From: an uncultured Chloroflexia bacterium
GTDB taxonomy: Bacteria > Chloroflexota > UBA6077 > CF-72
NCBI GenBank assembly: GCA_963776625.1
Contig: CAVZNP010000014.1
Location: 123,280-187,279 of the forward strand
Reading direction: 5' to 3'
Length of the DNA stretch: 64,000 nt
The notes beneath the pieces are model-generated. The model worked only from the letters and a program-made list of their open reading frames with translations, did no database searches and was not told where the DNA came from. How positions within the stretch are numbered: position 1 is the first letter of the stretch; every line of letters begins with the position of its first letter. Made by a program: the position numbers and the translations under genes. Positions 9,326-19,012 of the stretch are shown here, piece by piece.

Positions 9326-10260
9326 AGGTTGGATTCATTGGCCTCGGGACGATGGGCGCCGGCATGGCGAGCAATCTGCAAAAGGCCGGCTACGCGCTGG
9401 TCGTCAACGACATCCGCGAGGAGGCGGCTTCGCCGCATCTCGCCGCGGGCGCGGAGTGGGGCGATTCCCCCACACAGGTTGCCGAAGCCGCGGACGTTGT
9501 GTTCACCTCATTGCCAACACCACCAGACGTCGAAGCCGTGGCGTTGGGCGACAGGGGCTTGCTCCGCGGCATGGCGCCTGGCAAGGTCTACTTCGACCTG
9601 AGCACCAACTCCCCGACGCTCGTTCGCCAGCTACACGCGACGTTCCTGGAGCGCGGGGTCCACGTGCTGGACGCGCCGGTCAGCGGCGGACCAGCGGGCG
9701 CGCGCTCGGGCAAGCTGGCGATCTGGGTCGGTGGCGATCAAGACGTCTTCAACCAGCACGCGGCGGTGCTGAATGCCATCGGCGATCAGGTGATGTACGT
9801 CGGTCCCATCGGCGCCGGATCGGTGGCCAAGCTGGTGCATAACTGCACCGGCTACATGATTCAGTGCGCGCTCGCCGAAGCATTCACGATGGGTGTCAAG
9901 GCCGGCGTCGAGCCGCTGGCGCTGTTTCAGGCCGTGCGCCAGGGTGCGGTCGGCCGCCAACGCACGTTCGATCGTCTACCTGACCACTTCCTCTCCGCAA
10001 ACTTCGATCCGCCCGCGTTCGCGCTGCGGCTGGCGCACAAAGACGTGAGTCTGGCAACGCAGGTCGGGCGCGAGCACAACGTTCCGATGCGGATGGCTCA
10101 CCTCGCGCTCGACGAGCTTACGGAGGCCATGAATCGCGGCTGGGCCGCTCGCGACTCGCGGGTGGCCATGCTGCTCCAGGAGGAGCGTGCCCAGCTCGAA
10201 ATCAAGGTCGACGAGGAGCGTTTGCGCGAAGCTATGAACACAGCCGAAAACGTGCCGTGA
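9322..10260 (+). CDS. 3-hydroxyisobutyrate dehydrogenase family NAD(P)-dependent oxidoreductase
   Basis: GFIGLGTMG, LDAPVSGG, KLVHN, HKD. Confidence 0.9.
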   Translation: MKVGFIGLGTMGAGMASNLQKAGYALVVNDIREEAASPHLAAGAEWGDSPTQVAEAADVVFTSLPTPPDVEAVALGDRGLLRGMAPGKVYFDLSTNSPTLVRQLHATFLERGVHVLDAPVSGGPAGARSGKLAIWVGGDQDVFNQHAAVLNAIGDQVMYVGPIGAGSVAKLVHNCTGYMIQCALAEAFTMGVKAGVEPLALFQAVRQGAVGRQRTFDRLPDHFLSANFDPPAFALRLAHKDVSLATQVGREHNVPMRMAHLALDELTEAMNRGWAARDSRVAMLLQEERAQLEIKVDEERLREAMNTAENVP

Positions 10261-10304
10261 CTGGAGGTGCCGCCCGGCCGTGTGCATAGCTAGAGCTCTT
10301 AACA

Positions 10305-10356
10305 GAAGTTCGGCCGACAAGCCGGTCCCGGCTCACGTCGCAGCCGGCCGAACTTC
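10305..10356. repeat. Hairpin repeat element type A (REP/MITE-like)
   Basis: GAAGTTCGGCCG...CGGCCGAACTTC is a 12-bp inverted repeat; closely similar to 63184-63236. Confidence 0.8.
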
Positions 10357-10363
10357 GATGTAG

Positions 10364-12076
10364 ATGATTCGCGCACGCGGCCTCGCGCGGCGATTCGGTT
10401 CGCGCTGTGCTGTCGACGACGTGTCGCTGGACGTTGCCGACGGCACGCTTCTGGCACTGCTCGGTCCGAACGGAGCCGGCAAGACGACAACGGTGCGCAT
10501 GTTGTGCGGATTGCTCGCGCCGAGCGCTGGCTCCGCGTCGGTCGCCGGGCACGACGTGGCCGTCGATCCGGCAGGCGTGCGCGCGCGGATTGGCCTGGTA
10601 ACGGACGTGCCCGGCTTGTACGAGCAAATGTCGCCTCGGACGTACCTCGACTTTTTCGGCCATCTGTACGGGCTCGACGCGGCCACGCGTGGCAGTCGCA
10701 TCGAGAGCTTGCTCGACATGTTCGGTCTGGAGACGCGGCGCGGCGACCGCATGGTGACCTTTTCGCGTGGCATGCAGCAGAAGGTCGCGCTTGCGCGCGC
10801 ACTGCTGCACGAGCCAGCGGTGCTGTTCCTCGACGAGCCGACGGCCGGGCTCGACCCGCTGGCCGCGCGAGCCGTGCGAGAGCTGATTCTCAGCATGAAA
10901 CATGCGCGGCGCAGCATTGTGCTGTGCACCCATGACCTGGACGAGGCGGAGCGCCTGGCCGATCAGGTGGCGATCATGCAGTCCGGGCACATCCTGGCGC
11001 TCGACGCGCCCGGGGCGCTGCGGCAGCGTGCCTCGCCGGAGACGCACGTACGGGTGACGCTTGCGCCGCCATTTCCGGCATCGGCGCCGGAAGGGCTCGT
11101 GGAATTCGTGACCACCGAGCCGTCCGTGGCCAATCCGACCGTCGTGGCCGACCTGATCGCCGACGGGGGGCGGATCGTGTCGGTGACGTGCGCCACGCGC
11201 ACGCTCGAGGACGTGTACGCCGCCGCGGTCACCGGCGAGACCACGCCTCTGGCGCCGAAGCTCAACGGGACCGCCGCGATCCGCTCCGAGCCTCGCGCGG
11301 CCACGGATGGAGGGACCGTGGCGCGGGAGGCCGAGGTACTCTCCGCTCGAGCCCCCGGAAACGCGGCGGCGCTGTGGTTGATCGCGCGGCGCGCGGCAGT
11401 CGAATCACTCAGCGATCGGCTCACCCGCCTGATGAACATCCTGTTCGCCCTGGTCGCACCCGTGGCACTGGTCCTGCTGGTGATCAGACCACTTTCGACG
11501 CTCGACCCCGCGTTCCTCGCCAGCCAGCTGCCGTTCTATTTGCTGGTCATCGGCTTGATGCCCGCTGTCGGCGCCGTCGGCATTGCCGCTGGCCAGTTCG
11601 CCGGCGAGCGCGAGCGTGGGGTGCTGACGCCATTGCTGGCCTCACCCGCCAGCAATCTGGCGATTTTCGCCGGCAAGGTGCTGGGCTCGATCCTGCCGCC
11701 GCTGGTGTACTCGTCGATCGCCGTGATCATCTACGTGGGGGGTCTGGCGGTCGTGCTCGGTCCAGCGTCATTCGCGGCCCTGCCCGTTAGCCTGTCGGTG
11801 GCGATGGTGCTGCTGGTGCCGACGGTGACCTGCCTGGCGGCTAGCGTTGGGACGCTGGTGTCGTCGCGCGTGCGAACCTACAACGCGGCCCAGCAGGTGG
11901 CGGGCATCCTGCTGATTCCACTCTGGGCGGGCCTGTTCGCGCTGGCGTTCCGCCTCGACACGTGGGGCGACGCCGGGTTGATCGTGGCCGTAGGTGGCAC
12001 GTTGCTCCTGGACATCGTGCTCATCAGTGTGGCCGCGCGAACCTGGCGACGCGAAGAGGTGCTCTCTCAGCGCTAG
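10364..12076 (+). CDS. ABC-2 type exporter with ATPase fused to permease
   Basis: GPNGAGKTT, FSRGMQQK, LFLDEPT, CTH, then TM domain with AGERERGVL..LL.SP. Confidence 0.85.
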   Translation: MIRARGLARRFGSRCAVDDVSLDVADGTLLALLGPNGAGKTTTVRMLCGLLAPSAGSASVAGHDVAVDPAGVRARIGLVTDVPGLYEQMSPRTYLDFFGHLYGLDAATRGSRIESLLDMFGLETRRGDRMVTFSRGMQQKVALARALLHEPAVLFLDEPTAGLDPLAARAVRELILSMKHARRSIVLCTHDLDEAERLADQVAIMQSGHILALDAPGALRQRASPETHVRVTLAPPFPASAPEGLVEFVTTEPSVANPTVVADLIADGGRIVSVTCATRTLEDVYAAAVTGETTPLAPKLNGTAAIRSEPRAATDGGTVAREAEVLSARAPGNAAALWLIARRAAVESLSDRLTRLMNILFALVAPVALVLLVIRPLSTLDPAFLASQLPFYLLVIGLMPAVGAVGIAAGQFAGERERGVLTPLLASPASNLAIFAGKVLGSILPPLVYSSIAVIIYVGGLAVVLGPASFAALPVSLSVAMVLLVPTVTCLAASVGTLVSSRVRTYNAAQQVAGILLIPLWAGLFALAFRLDTWGDAGLIVAVGGTLLLDIVLISVAARTWRREEVLSQR

Positions 12077-13185
12077 ACGGGCTCGGCGATGCGCTCTTTC
12101 ACGACGCGGTGCTCTTCCAGCGCGGCGTAGTTGGGGTCGGCGCCGAGGCCTGGCACCTCGGGCGGGCTCACGGTGCCGTCGGCATTCACCCGCAGCGTGT
12201 GCTGGTAGATCTTGCCCCACATCGGATCAAAGGAATCCCGATAAAACTCGAGAATGAGCCCGTTCGAGATGGCCGAGACCAGGTGAATGTGGACATCCTG
12301 CGAGCCATGCGGAGCGATGTCGAGGTCGTGTGCCTGCGCGAGCGCGGCGACCTTCATCCATTCGGTCACGCCGCCGCACACGTTGGCATCCGCATTCAGA
12401 ATGGACGCCGACTGGTGTTCGATCAGGTCCCGGAAACCGTAGCGGGTGTACTCGTTTTCACCGGTGGCGATCGGAATCGAGGTCTTGTCCGCGAGACGAC
12501 GCATGCCCTCATAGTCGTCGGGCGCCACCGGCTCCTCGAACCAGAAGATGTCGAAGTCCTCGATCCGCTCGGCAAACTGAATCGCCTCGTAGGCGCGATA
12601 GGCGCAGTTCGCGTCGACCAGCAGCTTGATGTCGGGACCGATCGCCTCGCGCACCGCCTTGACGCGCGCGACGTCTTCGCGCATCGGCACCCCGCCGACC
12701 TTCATTTTGATCGCCCGCGCGCCCAGGTTGACGTTCGTCTCCATCTCCCGCTGCAGCTCGGGCAGGCCTTTGCCTTCCTCGTAGTAGCCGCCGGCGATGT
12801 ACGTCGGCATGCGATTCCGGAAGCCGCCCAACAGCTTGTACAGTGGCAAACCCGCGACCTTGGCACGCAGGTCCCAGAGACCAATGTCGATGGCGCTGAT
12901 CGCACGCGTGGTCAGACCACGCCGGCCCATGATTTTGGGTACCCACATCAGGTGCCACAGCCGCTCGACGTCGATCGGGTCTTCGCCGATCAACTGGTGC
13001 TTGAGCATCTCGATCGTCGCCTGGCCGACCAGCCCGGTGCCGCCCAGGCCAATGCCGGTCACGTTTTCGTCGGTTTCGATGCGTACGACGCCCAACCCCG
13101 AGTGCGTGTAGGTGTGCTTGCCGTTGCGAATCGGCACACGCCGCGGCCAGCGGAATTCCTCGGTGCTAATCGACGTGATCTTCAT
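12073..13185 (-). CDS. Mandelate racemase/muconate lactonizing enzyme family protein
   Basis: SAIDIGLWDL, KMKVG, LLVDAN, WFEEP, IATGENE. Confidence 0.92.
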   Translation of the reverse strand: MKITSISTEEFRWPRRVPIRNGKHTYTHSGLGVVRIETDENVTGIGLGGTGLVGQATIEMLKHQLIGEDPIDVERLWHLMWVPKIMGRRGLTTRAISAIDIGLWDLRAKVAGLPLYKLLGGFRNRMPTYIAGGYYEEGKGLPELQREMETNVNLGARAIKMKVGGVPMREDVARVKAVREAIGPDIKLLVDANCAYRAYEAIQFAERIEDFDIFWFEEPVAPDDYEGMRRLADKTSIPIATGENEYTRYGFRDLIEHQSASILNADANVCGGVTEWMKVAALAQAHDLDIAPHGSQDVHIHLVSAISNGLILEFYRDSFDPMWGKIYQHTLRVNADGTVSPPEVPGLGADPNYAALEEHRVVKERIAEPV

Positions 13186-13198
13186 GCGCTCCCTCCGC

Positions 13199-13660
13199 TC
13201 AGGAAAGGCCCGGCGCGGGCGGTCGTTCGGGCAGCAGCCACGGCAGCGCCTCCGCCATAGCGCTGACCAGCTTCACGTAGGTGGCGTGCGAGATGTGCGA
13301 CTGGGCGAACAGACCCAGTGCCGCTCCGAAGGCGGCGCGCTCCGCCTTGTGGACATGCTCCGAGTGCGTCTGATGCTCGGCACGCCAGGCGACGAGCGCC
13401 GGTCGACGAGGCCCGCCCTGCTCCACCTCTTCGAACAGCCGGCGGCGCCACGCCTCCCAGGCTTCCGCTTCGCCTGCCGTTTCGACGGCGTGGACCGCCG
13501 TGCGCTCGGCGGTGAGGAACTCGTCCGGAGGCTGGTTCTCGTGGCGGTCCCAGCCCCAGGCGGCGCGCTCAATGCCGACGGGCGACAACACGCGCAGGTC
13601 CGAATCGAGACGCTCGAGTTGCGCTTCCGCGAGCGCACGCACGTTGGCCTGGTCCGACAT
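13199..13660 (-). CDS. Hypothetical helical protein
   Basis: 153-aa ORF with GAAGGG upstream, co-oriented with the racemase gene; no recognised motif. Confidence 0.55.
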   Translation of the reverse strand: MSDQANVRALAEAQLERLDSDLRVLSPVGIERAAWGWDRHENQPPDEFLTAERTAVHAVETAGEAEAWEAWRRRLFEEVEQGGPRRPALVAWRAEHQTHSEHVHKAERAAFGAALGLFAQSHISHATYVKLVSAMAEALPWLLPERPPAPGLS

Positions 13661-13823
13661 ACGCCCTTCACCTTACTCGGTCAGGCGCGTCGGGACTCCG
13701 AGCGACGGCAGCTATCGCAACGCCGGCAACGAGCGCAACCCCGGCGGGCGATTCTGTTCAGCCCGCGAGCGCACCGGGGGAATGATAGTCTCGACCGGGA
13801 CAACGCGCAGGGGGTTTGGCGCA

Positions 13824-15548
13824 ATGATCAGTCGCCGTGGTTTGGTTCGGATGGCCGGTGGGGGGGTTCTGCTCGGCAGTGCGGCGTTGCCGTTGCTTCT
13901 GGAGGCGTGCGCCGCGCCAGGTGGGGCCTCGGCGCCAGGTGGGGCCTCGGCCTCGGCTGGGGCGGCGACGTCGGGCACGCCGGCCAGAAGCAAGGCGGAG
14001 GCGGCCCTGCCGACCTATATCCCGCCTACGCAGCTCACACAACCCGACTATCACAGTGCCGATCCGCGCATTACTGATGGCTACGACACGTTCCCCAGGA
14101 ACCCACCGAAGTCGTGGACCAACGCCGCGCCTGGCGCCGGCAGCACCGTCAACGTGTTCATGGTTGCCTACTATCCGCAACCAACCCCGTACGATCAGAA
14201 CCCGACCTGGAAGGAAATCAACAAGCAGCTCAACGCCAACGTGCAGATGAGCCTGGTCACCGGTGCCGACTACGCGGTCAAGATCGGGACGATCATGGCC
14301 GGCAACGACCTGCCGGACATCATGCACATCTACAACGGCATCGGCGCCGCGCCGAACCTGCCGGAGTTTTTCAAAGCCCAGTGTGCTGACCTGACGCCGT
14401 ACCTGTCGGGTGATGCGGCGAAGGACTATCCGAATCTCGCCGCGATTCCGTCCTACGCGTGGACCAATTCCCAGTGCATCATCGAGGGCAAGCTGTACCA
14501 GTGGCCGATCCATCGCTATCTGCCGTTGCTCGGCAACTACAAGAACAGCGACGTCTACGACAAGGCGATCGGCGCGGACTACACGCCGCGGGACCTCGAC
14601 GACTGGAATCGGATTCTGCGCACGATCAACAATCCGCAGGGCAGTACGTGGGCGATGGGCGCCGCGCCAGGCTCGCCGCGCTATTTCGGCATGTACGGCT
14701 ACTCCGCGATGTTCGGGGCTCCCAACAACTGGCGCCTCGACTCCTCCGGGACACTCACCAAAGAGCTGGAAACAGAGGAGTTCAAGCAGACCATCGGCTG
14801 GATGCGTGACACATGGTCGGCCGGGCTGTGGTACCCGGATAGTTTGCAGCTGAGCAACTCTCGTGTCGACGGATTTGTACCGGGCAAATTCGTCACCAAC
14901 ATCGAGGGCTTCGGCAACTCCTGGAACGATTTCTGGCGCCAGGGCATGCAACTGAATCCTCCGCGCCACTTCGGCTTCATCAAGCCCTTCCGTGCACAGT
15001 CAGGCGACCCGCCGCTCGCGTTTCTGACGGGTGGGTTCATCTCCACGAACGTGATGAAGAAGGCCTCGCCGGACCGCATCAAGGAGCTGCTGCGCATCGC
15101 GGACTTCCTGGCCGCGCCATTCGGGACGCAGGAAGACTTGCTGCTGTCGTATGGCCTTCAGGATCAGGACTACACGCTGGATGCCAATAGTCAGCCGCAG
15201 CCGACGAAGGCGGGTGTGTCCAATGCCGGCTATGTGCCCTGGCGATATATCTCACAGCACCCGTACGTGCAGTATCAGGCGGATCTGCCGGGCTATGCCA
15301 GAGCGTCGTTCGATGCCGAACAGATTCAGGTCAACGCTGGGGTGCTGGATCCGACGCTCGGTTACTACTCGCCGACGGCGTACACCAAAGGCACGCTCGC
15401 GGAGATGACGTTCCGGCAGGCAGCGGTGGACGTGGTGGTCGGTCGACGGCCGATGTCCGACTACGATCAGATCGTCACCGACTGGCGCGCGGCGGGTGGT
15501 GACCAGGTTCGCAAAGAGTACCTGGACGCCTTCGCGGCCGCGACGTAG
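13824..15548 (+). CDS. Tat-exported lipoprotein, extracellular solute-binding protein (family 1-like)
   Basis: ISRRGLV..LLEAC Tat/lipobox, AGNDLPD, W..AGGDQVRKE. Confidence 0.85.
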   Translation: MISRRGLVRMAGGGVLLGSAALPLLLEACAAPGGASAPGGASASAGAATSGTPARSKAEAALPTYIPPTQLTQPDYHSADPRITDGYDTFPRNPPKSWTNAAPGAGSTVNVFMVAYYPQPTPYDQNPTWKEINKQLNANVQMSLVTGADYAVKIGTIMAGNDLPDIMHIYNGIGAAPNLPEFFKAQCADLTPYLSGDAAKDYPNLAAIPSYAWTNSQCIIEGKLYQWPIHRYLPLLGNYKNSDVYDKAIGADYTPRDLDDWNRILRTINNPQGSTWAMGAAPGSPRYFGMYGYSAMFGAPNNWRLDSSGTLTKELETEEFKQTIGWMRDTWSAGLWYPDSLQLSNSRVDGFVPGKFVTNIEGFGNSWNDFWRQGMQLNPPRHFGFIKPFRAQSGDPPLAFLTGGFISTNVMKKASPDRIKELLRIADFLAAPFGTQEDLLLSYGLQDQDYTLDANSQPQPTKAGVSNAGYVPWRYISQHPYVQYQADLPGYARASFDAEQIQVNAGVLDPTLGYYSPTAYTKGTLAEMTFRQAAVDVVVGRRPMSDYDQIVTDWRAAGGDQVRKEYLDAFAAAT

Positions 15549-15557
15549 AAAGGACCT

Positions 15558-16277
15558 ATGGAAGCACCACCGTTCTCACAACCGTTCATGTACTGGGTCG
15601 GGATGGACCTCGATCCGGCGATCTCCGCGGCGGAGAAGGAGGAGCTGAGCGACTTCTACTCGCGCGTGCATGCTCGCGAGGTTGTCGCGGCCAACCCCGG
15701 CTTCGTGGGCACAGCACGCTACGAGCTGCTTGATCCGGATCCGCGCGGTGGTGTGCACGCGGGCCCGCGCTGGCTCGCCGTCTACGAGCTGGAAAACGAG
15801 GCCGCGGCGGCGACGTATGCCCAGCGCAATGACGGCCCCGCGGAAAACCGGCCCAGCTATTCGACCTGGCCGGACAGCCGAAAGTACACCAGCACCGTCT
15901 GGCGCATGTTGTGGCGTCAGCTCGCGACATGCGGCAGTACGACGCAGCTACCGGAATCCATTTTCATGGTGGGCATGAATGTCCCGCCGGATACGGACGC
16001 GGCGGGCCTGGCCGAGTTCGACGCCTTCTACACCGGGACGCACGTGCCGGAGGTGATGGCGTACGGCGGTTACGCGCGCGGCACCCGCTTCGAGTTGCAG
16101 CGTGAGTTCGCGCATCCAGAGCCCGGCGGTCCGCGCTTCTGCGCCATCTATGAAGCCGACGCGACGGCTACCGCTCAGCGCAACGAGCGCCGTTCCACAC
16201 GCGCGCCGTTGTCGTCTGGGCCGCCGACCTGGGAGAAGCACGACACCATCTGGCGCCTGGTCTACCAGCGACTGTGA
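15558..16277 (+). CDS. Tandem EthD-like (dimeric alpha/beta barrel) protein
   Basis: Two repeats of FY..H..EV..G...RYEL..P...PR..A.YE. Confidence 0.65.
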   Translation: MEAPPFSQPFMYWVGMDLDPAISAAEKEELSDFYSRVHAREVVAANPGFVGTARYELLDPDPRGGVHAGPRWLAVYELENEAAAATYAQRNDGPAENRPSYSTWPDSRKYTSTVWRMLWRQLATCGSTTQLPESIFMVGMNVPPDTDAAGLAEFDAFYTGTHVPEVMAYGGYARGTRFELQREFAHPEPGGPRFCAIYEADATATAQRNERRSTRAPLSSGPPTWEKHDTIWRLVYQRL

Positions 16278-16984
16278 AGTTCGATAAACGCGAGGAGGGC
16301 CTGGGCCATGCCGCGTGACGCGCGCTGGCGTGGATGGGTGAGGATGAACGCGTGGTCGAGGCCCTCGAACTCGATGAGCTTCGCGCTGCCGCCGGCGGCG
16401 CGGTAGCGCGTCACGAACGCACGCGACCCATCCACCGGGACCGCCGTGTCGCGGGTCCCGTGCGTGATCAAGATCGGTGGCAAGTTCGCGGCAGTCGACT
16501 GCTCGAGGGCGTGGAGCGGACTGCCGTCGACCGTGGCCTCCCACGTCGGCCAGTAGGGGTGGCGTTCCGCATAGGCCGAGGTCTCAGTGATGGGCGCGTC
16601 GGCCGCGACGAAGTCGAAACTTCCGGGCTCGCGTAACGCGGTGAGGAGCACCAGGTGACCGCCGGCGGAGCTGCCCAGGGCGCCCACAGCTGCGCCTGCC
16701 GCGGCGCCGAGGTCCGTCGCGTGGGCTCTGAGCCAGCGGGCGGCAGCCTGGACGTCATGCACTGACGCCGGGTAGGCGTCGGGTGGAGCAAGGCGGTAGT
16801 CGATCGCGGCCACCAGCACGCCGTTGGCTGCCAGCCCGCGATCTAGCTGCTCCTGCTGCAGGCGATCGCCAGAGGTCCAGTTGCCGCCATGGACGTCGAG
16901 TGTCGCGGCGAAGGCGCGCACTCCCAGCGGCCGGTAGACGCGCGCGAGGTAGGCAGGCTGGTACTCGACGTCGAACGTCGCCAC
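16262..16984 (-). CDS. Alpha/beta hydrolase (HSL-like); start may lie upstream
   Basis: VHGG.W, DYRLAP, GSSAGG, HGTRD, HAF. Confidence 0.85.
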   Translation of the reverse strand: MATFDVEYQPAYLARVYRPLGVRAFAATLDVHGGNWTSGDRLQQEQLDRGLAANGVLVAAIDYRLAPPDAYPASVHDVQAAARWLRAHATDLGAAAGAAVGALGSSAGGHLVLLTALREPGSFDFVAADAPITETSAYAERHPYWPTWEATVDGSPLHALEQSTAANLPPILITHGTRDTAVPVDGSRAFVTRYRAAGGSAKLIEFEGLDHAFILTHPRQRASRGMAQALLAFIELHSRW

Positions 16985-17329
16985 CTTGAACTTGCGGGGA
17001 AGCAGCCAGAAGCGGCGGCGGCGCTCCGCGCGAAGCCAGCGCAGCGCGTTCAGCAGGTCAGGACCTTTCCCCAGAGGGGACCCAGAGAGAACTGGATGCC
17101 GCCCCGCCGATCACGCGAAGAGACGTTACTTTCTGTCAAGCGTGGCGAGCATGCCACTTGAATTCCGGCCGATACGCGCGGCCTCGTGCACCCGGTGAGA
17201 AACGCGTCTGACAGTGCGTGCCGCAATATCCCATGACCCCACGGACAAAGCGTCTGGGATGCCCAGGTTCGCCCGGCTCAACTCGATCTTTCTCTTCCTC
17301 CTCGCGGGTCTCCTCTGGGGAAGAGCGGA

Positions 17330-17587
17330 CTAGCTCGCGCGAATGCGCTCCATGTAGCGCTCCGGCGTGATGTCGAACACGCGATAGCGCGCCAGCGTGT
17401 TCAGCAGGTACCCGTGCACCCCCATGCGGTTCAGCGCCCCAACCTCCCCTGACATCAGTGCAGCTCGCTCCTCCTCGGAGAGCGAGAACGCGCCCAGCGC
17501 CATCGTCGGGTTGGTTGCCAGCTCGTCGCGGAAACTGGCGTCGCGTTGAATCCGCTTGAGCAATTTGTGCACACCGTAGACGCTCAT
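17330..17587 (-). CDS. LigA-like small subunit of class III extradiol dioxygenase
   Basis: LSEEERAAL..G....L..MGVHGYLL; lies immediately downstream of the LigB-like gene. Confidence 0.7.
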   Translation of the reverse strand: MSVYGVHKLLKRIQRDASFRDELATNPTMALGAFSLSEEERAALMSGEVGALNRMGVHGYLLNTLARYRVFDITPERYMERIRAS

Positions 17588-17594
17588 CTGGACC

Positions 17595-18422
17595 TCAATC
17601 CCAGCGCCACGCGGCGAAACCGTCGCCGTGCGCCATCAGCTTTTCGACGAAGACCGGCTGCCGCGGCCCGAGCGCACCGAGGAGCGCGATCCAGTTGAGC
17701 AGTTCACCACCGATATTGCCAGCGCGCGCCAGCCGGTCGGCCGTTGCCGCGTTCAGCAGGTCAGCGTGTCGCGCGTGCTTCAGGTAGTCGAGGATTTCGT
17801 CCACCCAGGCCGGATCCGCGACGCCCGCCATCTGGCCTGCTGGCGCCAGCGGGCCGCCAATGTCCAGCGACAGACTGCCACTTGCCAGGATCGCGACACG
17901 CAAGGGTTCTGGCCAGGCAGCGACTGCTTCGCGCACCATCTGGCCCAGCGCAAAGCAGCGCCTGGCCAGCGGCAGCGGCGGCACGATGCCTCCGATGAAA
18001 ATCGGCACGATCGGCACGTGCATCGACGGCGTCAGAAAGTGAAGCGGCACCAGGATCGAATGATCGACTTCGAATTCCTGCGTGACGCCCAGGTCGAATT
18101 CACGGTTGAGCCCGTGGGTCCGAATCGCGCTGGCGAGGCCTTCGTGGACCGGGACCTCGTAGTGCGGCATCGCCGGCGTGCCGTCGTTGGGTCCGCTGGT
18201 CCGCTCGGCGACGCCCACGCTGAGCAGTGGCAGGTTGTCCAGGAAAAACGTGTTGAGATGATCGGAGTCGAACACGACGAGGACATCCGGATCCACGGCA
18301 TCCAGGTGGGCTTTGACCTGCCCGAACAGTTGCGCCGCGGGATGCGCGGTGCCCTGGCGGGCGACTTCGCCTGGGAGCGCCGGCCCGTGTGGAACGCCGA
18401 GCGCCGCGACAATCTCAGCCAT
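17595..18422 (-). CDS. LigB-like class III extradiol ring-cleavage dioxygenase
   Basis: GVPHGP, DHLNTFFLDN.P, VDHSILVPL, ASGSLS, ELLNW. Confidence 0.85.
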   Translation of the reverse strand: MAEIVAALGVPHGPALPGEVARQGTAHPAAQLFGQVKAHLDAVDPDVLVVFDSDHLNTFFLDNLPLLSVGVAERTSGPNDGTPAMPHYEVPVHEGLASAIRTHGLNREFDLGVTQEFEVDHSILVPLHFLTPSMHVPIVPIFIGGIVPPLPLARRCFALGQMVREAVAAWPEPLRVAILASGSLSLDIGGPLAPAGQMAGVADPAWVDEILDYLKHARHADLLNAATADRLARAGNIGGELLNWIALLGALGPRQPVFVEKLMAHGDGFAAWRWD

Positions 18423-18449
18423 CAGCCGGAAGTTTAGAGCAGGCTAGTC

Positions 18450-18726
18450 GAAGTTCGGCGTACAAAGGCGGTGGTCAGCTCGAGTCGCGGCGAGTCGCGG
18501 AGTCTGAGGTCTGGTCCAGCCGCGGGGTGGCTCAGGCTGATGTCACACAGGATTCGGCTGCTCCGCTGGACTTCGGGCTGGTGGCCGAGTCACCTCCCCC
18601 CTTACCTTAATAGTCGTCAATAGTCGTCGACTTCGTCAACAACTACACGTCGTTGATTCACGGTCACGCGCACCCGCGCATCGTCGATGCCGTCATGCGC
18701 TAGGGACGCGGCCGAAAAGCCTGAGA
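18450..18726. repeat. Degenerate copies of hairpin elements A and B in an intergenic region
   Basis: 18450-18490 resembles element A; 18514-18574 is a divergent minus-strand A-like copy; 18696-18726 TGCGCTAGGGACGCGGCCGAAAAGCCTGAGA matches 63248-63277. Confidence 0.6.
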
Positions 18727-18766
18727 GCGAAGGGTCGTCGGCGACAAGGCCGTCGGCCGGAGCCGC

Positions 18767-19009
18767 CTACTCCACAATCTCCCAGCGAATATCCATATCC
18801 ACCCGACCCCCAAGCGCGTTCCGCAACAGCGCCACGACGCCCGCGTCTCCCCCTTCTTCCTCCCAGGCGTCCAGCGTGTCGCGATTCACGTAGTAGTCAG
18901 TATCCTCGACACCCTCAGACACCAGGTGCTCCTGCAAGAACTGGAACTGCGCGTCGGTGAGCACGCCCACCTCCGCGCCGTTCGCCTCGTCAAACAGGTG
19001 CACGCTCAT
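18767..19009 (-). CDS. Small acidic conserved hypothetical protein
   Basis: 80-aa ORF ..QFQFLQEHL..E..EDTDYYVNRDTLD..LR.ALG...MDIRW, closely following the upstream gene. Confidence 0.7.
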   Translation of the reverse strand: MSVHLFDEANGAEVGVLTDAQFQFLQEHLVSEGVEDTDYYVNRDTLDAWEEEGGDAGVVALLRNALGGRVDMDIRWEIVE

Positions 19010-19012
19010 GCG

